64,000 nt of DNA from Candidatus Heimdallarchaeota archaeon (GTDB lineage Archaea; Asgardarchaeota; Heimdallarchaeia; Heimdallarchaeales; Heimdallarchaeaceae). The stretch spans positions 58,876-122,875 of the forward strand of contig JABCTC010000003.1 of assembly GCA_018238545.1 (NCBI GenBank), read 5' to 3'. How positions within the stretch are numbered: position 1 is the first letter of the stretch; each line of letters starts with the position of its first letter. Below the pieces are notes generated by a model that saw nothing but the letters and a program-made list of their open reading frames with translations, had not been told where the DNA came from and did not search any database. Both the position numbers and the translations under genes were made by a program. Shown here in pieces: positions 1 through 7,957 of the stretch.

Positions 1-84
1 AGATCAATCAGAAAATACTGTCAAACTAAAGAAATGAAACATGAAAATTTCATAGAAAATTACAGAAAATAATATTGCATCAAA

Positions 85-1158
85 TCAGTAATTTATTACT
101 GATTCAGTTGTTATCTTATCTAATGTCTCTTCCTCTTGTTTTGAAACTAATTTGCTTAAATTACTTGCTAAAACAGGAGCTAAAGAAAATTCATGTTGGA
201 GGGGCAGTAAAAACTGAATAAGTTTTGTATTGGCATATCTCTTAATACTACTGTCAGAAAGCACAGGATTTTTTACAATTGCAAACATTTCATCAACTAT
301 TTCGAGAGTATCCATATGAGGGAAAATGGAAGTAAATAATGCTTTAATCTTGCTCGTAGCTTCCTGAGGGTTAAGATCGCTTAATAGTTGAAAAATATGG
401 AAGTAACCAGCTTCTTCTAACCACATAGAAGAATTCGTATCTACATCATACAAGCTTATGCGCGGAAATTTTTCAATAATTGGTGTTGATACTTTGAACC
501 CTTTCATCTCTTGATAAGTGCTATTTGGTAAAAGATCAATTGATGTTGAAATGATGAGATTTCTAGCATTGTACGTATAATCTTTTGTAATAATACTATT
601 GTCTGATTCATCATATTTAATCTCACTATTCTCGCTTATTGTGTGGACATTGTTTTCCTCTGCAACTTTCGTATATGTAGCTATAAGACTGTGAATATCA
701 GAACATGTGAATGAATCAAATATTTCAGTCAAAAAAATATCATTTTCTAGATTTATGAACGAGTAGTTTCTAGCTATATCTTTAGCTGTATAATTGATGT
801 GTTTAATATCCGAATCTTCTATTTTGGAGAGGATCTTATCCATCAAGTTAATTGACTTCTTAGTTCGGAATAGTAGTGCTAAGGGTTTTTTAGAGAGTTC
901 AAATTGAGATGTGATAGAGTGTAAATCTTCTAGCAATAATCCAGATTTTAAATATGCTTTTGCCATCAGTGAACTTTGCAATTCAGTAACTGGAGTTAGG
1001 ACGCTTGGTGTTAAGAATGAAAACGTATCTTTCCTATCCTCTCTTTGTAATAATGTTATATCCTCGTTTGGATTGTTTAATGAAATATAATAGGCAAGAG
1101 CTGATGCAGATAATCCATCTCCTTCAATTAGAATATCTGTGCTATACTTTTCATGCAT
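85..1158 (-). CDS. FAD-dependent oxidoreductase-like protein (DAO/glycine oxidase fold), degenerate dinucleotide-binding motif
   Basis: N-terminal DILIEGDGLSASALAYY resembles the beta-alpha-beta FAD motif (GxGxxG altered to GDGLSA); length typical of the DAO family. Confidence 0.55.
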   Translation of the reverse strand: MHEKYSTDILIEGDGLSASALAYYISLNNPNEDITLLQREDRKDTFSFLTPSVLTPVTELQSSLMAKAYLKSGLLLEDLHSITSQFELSKKPLALLFRTKKSINLMDKILSKIEDSDIKHINYTAKDIARNYSFINLENDIFLTEIFDSFTCSDIHSLIATYTKVAEENNVHTISENSEIKYDESDNSIITKDYTYNARNLIISTSIDLLPNSTYQEMKGFKVSTPIIEKFPRISLYDVDTNSSMWLEEAGYFHIFQLLSDLNPQEATSKIKALFTSIFPHMDTLEIVDEMFAIVKNPVLSDSSIKRYANTKLIQFLLPLQHEFSLAPVLASNLSKLVSKQEEETLDKITTESVINY

Positions 1159-1179
1159 AAGGTAAGAATAAGGAATACC

Positions 1180-1187
1180 TATATAAA
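1180..1187. promoter_or_regulatory. TATA box (TATATAAA), probably shared by divergent leaderless genes
   Basis: 29 nt from the ATG at 1158 (- strand) and 29 nt from the ATG at 1209, which would be the start of the TIGR04076-like gene in the reconstructed empty site. Confidence 0.5.
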
Positions 1188-1208
1188 TTTAGAACATTAT
1201 CTACTGAC

Positions 1209-1425
1209 ATGAGTTATTTTTCCCACTTTCCCCATAGTGAGGAAGGTGGAGAGCAATTTTGAGGACTCTTCCCAACCCAAGAACGTACAAGGTAGCATCG
1301 CAGCAAGCAGTAGCGTAAGGGGGTTCAAGCTCTGGAATTACACCTCCAACACACAGTGTTAGCGGAGGTGAACGGGTTCATCTCCTCTCCGGGACTCATT
1401 TCTGGAGGCAATGTTGTTGAGCACC
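1209..1425 (-). ncRNA. Putative TnpB omegaRNA/reRNA scaffold
   Basis: About 215-nt GC-rich non-coding stretch 3' of tnpB with hairpins CACCTCC-AACAC-aca-GTGTT-agc-GGAGGTG (1341-1370) and CCACTTTCC...GGAAGGTGG (1223-1249); position matches known reRNA location; boundaries inferred. Confidence 0.6.
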
Positions 1426-2977
1426 TTAGGTACTCACTCCAGCTCCGGGGGTAAGCAGATGACTCTGCTTTGTCTGTAGCCATTGGCTCAAGACAGGGAA
1501 AACACGAAAAGAACTGAGAGGGAAATATTTTCCTGTAAGTTGATCTTTTATTGAAGTATACTTTGGTTGCAGAACATATTTGATCAGTCTTTTAGCTATA
1601 TTCTTCGCTCCATTCAAGTCAGCATTGAGGTTATACCCACAAGTCTGGCAGGTGAATGTAGGTTGGTTATGACGAGTAGTGAGATAGGAACCACAGCGAG
1701 AACAAGTAGAAGAAGTCCATGATTCATTGATGGCTAGTATCCTGTGTTCTTCCCAGCCATTAAGTGAGAGCTTGAATTTGAGTAATTCTATCACTCTCCT
1801 ATAATTCCATTTGTGGACACTTTTACGTGTGCTCGGTTTTTGGTTTCCCCTATATTGACTCTTACGGATGTTATGGGGGAAACCTACTACCACATGGAGA
1901 TCATACCTCTTTCCTAAGGAGAGAATGTACTTGACAAGTTTGTTGACATAGGTATGGTCGGTTAGCTTATGTTCCGTTCTTTGTCTCTTTCGGAGTAGTT
2001 TAAGTTGATAAACAACTTGTTTTCTTTTTCCAAAACTCAAACTAGGTTTAGCTAGAACCTTTTGCAGTTTAGAGGTTTTTTGTTCAGTTTCCTTTAGCAG
2101 TTTTTTTCTTGTCTTATCAGACCAAAATCTGATCTCATGTTGGTTGATTGTTCCTTTCGGAGTTAGAAGCGCACTTACTGCACGTTTATTGATTCCTAGA
2201 TCTATCCCCAGCACAGCTGGAGGACGAGATGAAGAATATTTATCTGGAACATGAAGCAGGATGAAATGTACCCACCATTCCTTTTTCTTGGGAGAGTATA
2301 GTACTTCTAGAGCTTGTATTTTCCCTTGGTGGATTTTGTACTCGTGATAGGGTGAACAAGCCAGAGGTAACCATAGTTTCTCGTGATTGCGAGTGTTATT
2401 CTTCTTTGTATCTAAGGAGTCTCTTATCCCCACCCACCATCGAGCGATGGAGTTTGAAGGAGTACAAGTAAGAACAAATCTCTTCTTATTCGCTGATTGT
2501 GTTCGTGGTATTTTCTTTGGTAAGGTTTTTTTTGTAGGGGAAGAGTTGAGTGCTTGTTGGCTGTGATAAATAGCTGTAGCATTGTCTCTACATTCTTGTA
2601 GTTCATCATGAGAGGAGCGAGGAAAGCGCCTCTTCAAATCATGTCTAACCTTAGGACGAGATGCATGTGTAGTATTTTTTGTTGTTGTCAAGGTAAGTTG
2701 ATCTAGTTTAACTTTATTCACCTTTTTCTTCCCACTTTTTCCACTGATAAGGTGATCTTCATTATGGTAAATGACCTTAAGAAAATGGTGAATGGTTCTT
2801 GTATCTCTCCCTGTAATCTGTTCCAACCTTCTCTGTTTACGAGCTGTGAGCACTTCTGTTTTAATTCTCGCTTTTACAGTTGTTCTCACTCTACTTCTCG
2901 TCATTCAGGAATCATTACTTATAGTAGATTTTCCTATAAAAAGCTAACATTAATATGGGAAAATGGGTAGAAACTAC
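1212..2977 (-). mobile_element. Non-autonomous tnpB-only element (IS200/IS605- or IS607-related)
   Basis: Contains only tnpB; visibly more GC-rich than flanks; bounded by CATG at 1208-1211 and 2978-2981; imperfect inverted cores CCCACTTTCCCCATA (1222-1236) and TATGGGAAAATGGG (2954-2967), each 10 nt inside the CATG; subterminal hairpin 1223-1249. Confidence 0.7.
1426..2904 (-). CDS. tnpB: RNA-guided endonuclease TnpB, 492 aa, rearranged RuvC-II
   Basis: RuvC-I VLGIDLG; RuvC-II position reads VVGFP (no Glu); alternative Glu in INESWTS; zinc finger CSRC...CQTC; RuvC-III NADLNGAKNI. Confidence 0.93.
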   Translation of the reverse strand: MTRSRVRTTVKARIKTEVLTARKQRRLEQITGRDTRTIHHFLKVIYHNEDHLISGKSGKKKVNKVKLDQLTLTTTKNTTHASRPKVRHDLKRRFPRSSHDELQECRDNATAIYHSQQALNSSPTKKTLPKKIPRTQSANKKRFVLTCTPSNSIARWWVGIRDSLDTKKNNTRNHEKLWLPLACSPYHEYKIHQGKIQALEVLYSPKKKEWWVHFILLHVPDKYSSSRPPAVLGIDLGINKRAVSALLTPKGTINQHEIRFWSDKTRKKLLKETEQKTSKLQKVLAKPSLSFGKRKQVVYQLKLLRKRQRTEHKLTDHTYVNKLVKYILSLGKRYDLHVVVGFPHNIRKSQYRGNQKPSTRKSVHKWNYRRVIELLKFKLSLNGWEEHRILAINESWTSSTCSRCGSYLTTRHNQPTFTCQTCGYNLNADLNGAKNIAKRLIKYVLQPKYTSIKDQLTGKYFPLSSFRVFPVLSQWLQTKQSHLLTPGAGVST

Positions 2978-2978
2978 C

Positions 2979-3251
2979 ATGGCTCACGATATAGTGTTAA
3001 AAGTTATCAAACAAGAAGGTAATTGTGCAGCTGGTCACAATGTTGGAGATGAAATCATTATAAGCTTCGAAAATAATGAAATCAAAGGTAAAATATGCCT
3101 CCATGCACTTTATTCTGTTTTCCCTAAAGTGTTTGCGATGGCTTATGGGGCAGAATTTCCTTGGCTAGAAGATGCTGATATATCAACTCATGCTTGTCCT
3201 GATGCTTGGAACCCTCTTGTTTATGAAGTAAAAAGAAAAAGGGAAAAGTAG
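2979..3251 (+). CDS. TIGR04076-family small Cys-containing protein
   Basis: GNCAAGHNVGD, ICLHAL, CPDAWNPLVYEV pattern; ATG 2979 preferred over track start 2955, which lies inside the tnpB element. Confidence 0.75.
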   Translation: MAHDIVLKVIKQEGNCAAGHNVGDEIIISFENNEIKGKICLHALYSVFPKVFAMAYGAEFPWLEDADISTHACPDAWNPLVYEVKRKREK

Positions 3252-3259
3252 GATAGTTA

Positions 3260-4180
3260 CTATATTATTAAGTAAACTATCTTGTCGACTATAAAGAGTG
3301 TTAAGAAAACTAGGAAGACTATTAGAAGTATTTCCTTTGTGGTATAAGCCCACTTAGGGCTCTGGTTTATCAAGATAGCTACAGCTAAGAACAACACTAA
3401 CGCGATTACAAGATATCCAATTATTTGGCTTGCCAAGTAATGTAAACCGATAAAAACAGCTGTCCCCCCTCCTGCAAGTAGACAAAATAGAAAGAAGGAT
3501 CCTATAATAGCAGCTTTTTTAACTCCAAATTTCACGGCTAATGTTCTAACTCCTGCATCTCTATCTCCTTCAACATCTGGTAAGCCTTTTATTATTTCTC
3601 TACCAATATTTCCAAGACCTGCTGCAGCTCCTACTATTATGGGTACATATTGGAACTCTCCACCATATACTAAATATGAGTGTAATGCACCATAAGCAAA
3701 CAATGCAGTAACATTCATTCCTATTGTGGTATTCCCCCAAATTCCAAGTTTCTTTAGTTTAAAATCATAAAGGTCAAGAGAACCTCCAAATAGTATTACT
3801 GTTAATACACTCAAACCATACAAACCGTTGATTACATCAATTACAACACCTGTAATTAATGCAAGAATAGCAACAATTACTCCATAAATATACGCCGCTT
3901 TAATAGATATTTTTCCGGAAGGTATAGGTCTATGAGGTGCATTAGTTTTATCTTCTTCTATATCAGCTATATCATTGAAAATCATAGCTTGACAGGAAAC
4001 AAGTGCCGCTGCTAGGACTACCAGACCTAAACTTAGATAGTCGATGTTTGATACAGAGTCGGGAAGCGAAAGCACTAATCCGAATGCTGCTGCAGCTCCT
4101 GATACAATTCCATTGACTATTCTTATAATAGTAAAATAGGAAAGTACAATTTGTCCTTTTGAAAATTGGGTTTTAGACAT
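3260..4180 (-). CDS. UbiA-family prenyltransferase, probable digeranylgeranylglyceryl phosphate synthase
   Basis: NDIADIEEDKTNAPHRPIPSG and REIIKGLPDVEGD motifs; multiple TM segments. Confidence 0.85.
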   Translation of the reverse strand: MSKTQFSKGQIVLSYFTIIRIVNGIVSGAAAAFGLVLSLPDSVSNIDYLSLGLVVLAAALVSCQAMIFNDIADIEEDKTNAPHRPIPSGKISIKAAYIYGVIVAILALITGVVIDVINGLYGLSVLTVILFGGSLDLYDFKLKKLGIWGNTTIGMNVTALFAYGALHSYLVYGGEFQYVPIIVGAAAGLGNIGREIIKGLPDVEGDRDAGVRTLAVKFGVKKAAIIGSFFLFCLLAGGGTAVFIGLHYLASQIIGYLVIALVLFLAVAILINQSPKWAYTTKEILLIVFLVFLTLFIVDKIVYLII

Positions 4181-4228
4181 GATGCTATGATACCATCAAG
4201 TCAGATATAAAATTTACCTAGCATTCTT

Positions 4229-4393
4229 TCAATCAGCTAGCGTAATAGATAGTTCTATCTCTTTAAGATTCTTTTCGTCAACACCTTTAAGAGAGGTAAT
4301 TAAAGCAAGGTTTAATTTCTTAAATAATTGTTTAATGTAATTGTTCATCGGAACTTTTTCGTTATTAATTTTTAATAGAATCCTGTCTGTCAT
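4229..4393 (-). CDS. Small 54-aa protein absent from the ORF track, resembling the C-terminal domain of archaeal MobB-like proteins
   Basis: Hand translation MTDRILLKINNEKVPMNNYIKQLFKKLNLALITSLKGVDEKNLKEIELSITLAD; fills the gap between co-oriented genes. Confidence 0.65.
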   Translation of the reverse strand: MTDRILLKINNEKVPMNNYIKQLFKKLNLALITSLKGVDEKNLKEIELSITLAD

Positions 4394-4435
4394 TTATGTC
4401 ACTAATAACAATAAAAAAAAGAGTATAATAAAAAG

Positions 4436-5233
4436 TTATTTTAGCTTGATAGTTGGGTTGGGGTCATCTTTTCCATGCATTTCGATATCAACAAGTCCTG
4501 CAGATTCTAGCATTTGTACATATCTTAGAATTGCATGAGTTGATGAACCGGTAGACATAGCTAATCTTTTCAGTTCAATTACTTTGTATTTTTCAAGAGT
4601 GCCAAGCCAGCTATAGGATGGATCATTTTCTGCTATGATTGTATATCTTCTAACAGCTTCCTCTTTGTCTTTTAATTGATCTTTTATTTGATCTAATCTA
4701 GAAGATTCAGCTAGAAACTCATTATGTTTGTTCTCAAGTGTTGCATTCTCGTCTTTAAGTTGCTCTAACTGTGCTTTAAGTTCAGTTGTAACACTTTCAG
4801 TCTCCGCTAAATTTTCTCTTAGCTTGTCTATTGTTTGCTGTTTTTCTTGAAACTCGTCTTTATCAGTTTCTACTTCTCTCTTGAAATTTCCAATTTCTGT
4901 TTCCTTTTGTAATAAGTCATTTTTTAATTGTTGAATCTCATTTTGGCTGTCTTCTTTCTCAGTTTGAAATTCGGAAATTTGTTGATTTAGAGCTGATATT
5001 TCTGTTTCTAGGTCAATCTTTTTAGTTTCTAGTTTCCCAAGAACAGCTGATTTTCCTTTAATGTCAGTTAGCTCTTCAATGAGAGAATTGTTTTTGGTTT
5101 CTAATTCTCCGTTTTTTGTTTCAAGTTCTTCTATCTTTTTCTCAAGATTCTGAACTGTATTTTCTAATTCTGTAATTTTAATTGCGTCACTAACTGAAAT
5201 ACTTCCATTTTCTTCTGCCAAATAAATCACCAT
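4436..5233 (-). CDS. Long coiled-coil protein with C-terminal winged-helix-like domain
   Basis: About 180 aa of E/K/Q heptads followed by LKRLAMSTGSSTHAILRYVQMLESAGLVDI (wHTH pattern). Confidence 0.7.
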   Translation of the reverse strand: MVIYLAEENGSISVSDAIKITELENTVQNLEKKIEELETKNGELETKNNSLIEELTDIKGKSAVLGKLETKKIDLETEISALNQQISEFQTEKEDSQNEIQQLKNDLLQKETEIGNFKREVETDKDEFQEKQQTIDKLRENLAETESVTTELKAQLEQLKDENATLENKHNEFLAESSRLDQIKDQLKDKEEAVRRYTIIAENDPSYSWLGTLEKYKVIELKRLAMSTGSSTHAILRYVQMLESAGLVDIEMHGKDDPNPTIKLK

Positions 5234-5299
5234 GTTATTGAAAGAATCTTAATTCTAACAAAAATATCTGAATCGAATTACTTAAACCTTGTGACTTTC

Positions 5300-6412
5300 C
5301 TAGTCAATTTCAGCTACATCAGCTATCCCGTCATTTGTTATTGCAAATATGGTTTCAATTTCTGGTATGTGGGGACTATCTATTACTCTAGCAATCCTTT
5401 TTTCTCCTTTTCCTTTTCGTAGGAAAACACGTGTTGTGCATGAATGAGCGACTATATTTCCACCAATTGGAAAAATTGTTTCACCATATAGAACGTCGGG
5501 TTTTGAGAGTACTTGGTTGGTTGCAACTATTGCTATGTCATAAACTTCTGCAAAACGTAACAGTTGATGTAAGTATTTGTTTAATTTTTGTTGTCTTTCA
5601 AGTAGCGATCCTCTACCTGTATACTCAGCTCTGAAATGGCTAGTGAGAGAATCAATAATCATCAATTTAACATTATTTTCTTTAATTAATTTAGGACTTT
5701 CAAGCAGCAAAACCATTTGATGATCAGAATTATACGCTCTTCCAACATGTATTCTGCTCAAAACTTCTTCTGCTGGGGCACCAAATTTGTTGCACATTTG
5801 AATTACCCTTTCAGGTCTGAAGGTCCCTTCAGTATCAATATAAATTGCACTTGAACCTAACCCGCCATATTTTTTATCCATAGCAGTCATAACACATAAT
5901 TGAAAGCAAATTTGTGTTTTACCCGTTCGGAATTCGCCAGAGATTTCTGTTAATGAACTTGTCTCGACTCCTCCAGCGAGTAATGTGTCAAGAGATTTGC
6001 TTCCAGTGGGAATTTTAACCAATTTTTGTCGAGTTTCAAGTAGAATTTTAGCGCTTTGAAATCCAATGCCCATCTGACTTCTCGCAGCTGTTATTAACCT
6101 CTTTGCGGTTTGTTCTCCAATTTCGCAGTGCTCTACTAGTTCCATAGGTGATGCATGACCGACCGCAGCTAAAGTTAAGTAACCAGAAGTTATCAGTTTT
6201 TCCGCTATTGCAGGACCTATGCCCGGAATCTGATTGACAGCTATGTCACTAAGATCCTGTTTTTTTGGTTTTTTTGGAGTTGATTTCATTTGTTTAGGAA
6301 TGATATCTTTAATCCAATCCTCTTCTTTTTTGTCACTCGCTCTTTTAATAGATGACTTCTTAGCTGTTGTGATTTTTTTTGCATTTTCTGGAGCATTTTC
6401 TTTCTTTGACAT
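5300..6412 (-). CDS. radA: DNA repair and recombination protein RadA (Rad51-like)
   Basis: N-terminal HhH (IPGIGPAIAEKL), FxxA motif GFQSA, Walker A GEFRTGKTQ, YIDTEGTFRPER, Walker B LMIIDS, GGNIVAH. Confidence 0.97.
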   Translation of the reverse strand: MSKKENAPENAKKITTAKKSSIKRASDKKEEDWIKDIIPKQMKSTPKKPKKQDLSDIAVNQIPGIGPAIAEKLITSGYLTLAAVGHASPMELVEHCEIGEQTAKRLITAARSQMGIGFQSAKILLETRQKLVKIPTGSKSLDTLLAGGVETSSLTEISGEFRTGKTQICFQLCVMTAMDKKYGGLGSSAIYIDTEGTFRPERVIQMCNKFGAPAEEVLSRIHVGRAYNSDHQMVLLLESPKLIKENNVKLMIIDSLTSHFRAEYTGRGSLLERQQKLNKYLHQLLRFAEVYDIAIVATNQVLSKPDVLYGETIFPIGGNIVAHSCTTRVFLRKGKGEKRIARVIDSPHIPEIETIFAITNDGIADVAEID

Positions 6413-6514
6413 ATTTTCACTTTCTATTCTCGCTATTAGACAATTTTGTTTTTAATATATAAAAAATGCTGTTACCATATGGTTTTTGCTACTAAACTGA
6501 AACTAATATTGCAA

Positions 6515-6991
6515 TTATCGCTCATTTTGATATGTTCCAGAATAACCTTTCTCTGTTTCTTTTTGAGTTTTGATGAACATAATCTGTGCAATTCGTGCAT
6601 TTTTGTGAAAAGTTATTTCTGAATAAGTTATCATTAATCCTATCCCTCTTCCCTTATATCCAGAATCCCAGACAGCTGAACACAAAGTCCCTCCTGTCCT
6701 CATGAGACTAGACCGAGGTAGAACTATTCCAACTGCATCCAAAGGAACTTCCACAATTTCATTATATCTGACGAGATACCCACCCGCTTGAAGCTTCCAT
6801 TTATCATTAATTGGTTTAATAGTTTCATGATCGGGAATCTTTCTGCTCGAGTTATCAAAATCTATCTCACCACCATCACTTAGTTTCATGATATCACGAA
6901 TAGTCAAATCGAAACCAGCTATTTGGGTTTGCAATTTAGCATCGATATATTCTTTGATGATGTTATTCGAAAAAGGGGGAAGAAATACCAT
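6515..6991 (-). CDS. Archaeal dUTPase / dCTP deaminase family protein
   Basis: AGFDLT, PRSSLMR, AVWDSGYKG, RIAQ, GYSGTYQ motifs of the trimeric dUTPase superfamily. Confidence 0.88.
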   Translation of the reverse strand: MVFLPPFSNNIIKEYIDAKLQTQIAGFDLTIRDIMKLSDGGEIDFDNSSRKIPDHETIKPINDKWKLQAGGYLVRYNEIVEVPLDAVGIVLPRSSLMRTGGTLCSAVWDSGYKGRGIGLMITYSEITFHKNARIAQIMFIKTQKETEKGYSGTYQNER

Positions 6992-7039
6992 GGCATAGTA
7001 TTTAGTTAATTATGGTTTTTAACCTTTTCACTATTAAAA

Positions 7040-7951
7040 TCATAATTGGAACATTCTTGCAACAAGCTTCTTTCTACAATTTGGGCATTGAGGCTTAACC
7101 TTTATCCATTCTACAATATGAGCATAATGTGATGGTATCTCACAGAACGGACATCGCACGAAACTTTCTCCAGCTTTTATTGGTGACATACACACACTGC
7201 ATCTCTCATCTAAATCGGTTGTAGCAACTTTCAGTGGTTGAGTTCCTCTAAAAACTTGTTGTGGTTCAGGTTCTTCTTCTACCTCAATTTTTTCAATAAC
7301 TTCTGAAGCTATAACTTCAAGTTCTTCAAGACTTTTTTGGGTTTCTAAAGTTTCATCTACTGTGGCTGTTGCTTCAATTTGTGTTACTTCAACTGTACCT
7401 GATGGTGCTATATCTGCGATGGATTTTCCAATAGTTGCTAAAACAGCATTTGCTTCGTCGGTTAAATCTTTCTCATAGAGAATCATTGCAGATATTTCAG
7501 TTTCTCCACTGTCAAAGAAATAACGTGATAGATTTCTAACCATTTCTTCTTCTCGTTCAGGAGCATATCGGGTTATAATCTGCAAAGCATCTTGAACAAA
7601 TTCTCCCCCTTTTGCTGCAACAGATTTGCTTGCTCCGAAGATTCTACCAGTTTTTAGATATTCTTCCTTAGCTCTATCATACATGCCAGCTCTAAAATAT
7701 TCATCAGCACTAGCATAAGCTGCTCGAGATTCTACTTGAGTTCTAGCATAAGGTGAAGCAGTTGATCTGGACCTGGATGACTGCGTAGAGGATCTATATG
7801 GTTGTACTGTCTGTTCTACTAAATCTCGATAGGGGCGATATCTCTTCTTTGGTGTTCTTTTCTTCTTTTTTCCTTTGATAGCAGCTCTTGCTGCCACTAT
7901 AAGAGATATTGATATAAACACCAGAAATAATAGAAGTCCCAAATCAGCCAT
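7040..7951 (-). CDS. Membrane-anchored RING-finger protein (putative E3 ubiquitin ligase)
   Basis: N-terminal TM followed by a basic patch; helical middle; C-terminal CSVC...CPFC...HYAH..EW...CPNC. Confidence 0.75.
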   Translation of the reverse strand: MADLGLLLFLVFISISLIVAARAAIKGKKKKRTPKKRYRPYRDLVEQTVQPYRSSTQSSRSRSTASPYARTQVESRAAYASADEYFRAGMYDRAKEEYLKTGRIFGASKSVAAKGGEFVQDALQIITRYAPEREEEMVRNLSRYFFDSGETEISAMILYEKDLTDEANAVLATIGKSIADIAPSGTVEVTQIEATATVDETLETQKSLEELEVIASEVIEKIEVEEEPEPQQVFRGTQPLKVATTDLDERCSVCMSPIKAGESFVRCPFCEIPSHYAHIVEWIKVKPQCPNCRKKLVARMFQL

Positions 7952-7957
7952 ATTTTA

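Noticed and set aside
1426-2904. Catalytically dead TnpB (TldR-like repressor) because RuvC-II Glu is missing
   Set aside because: Both Asp residues are intact and an alternative Glu precedes the zinc finger, matching the known active rearranged site.
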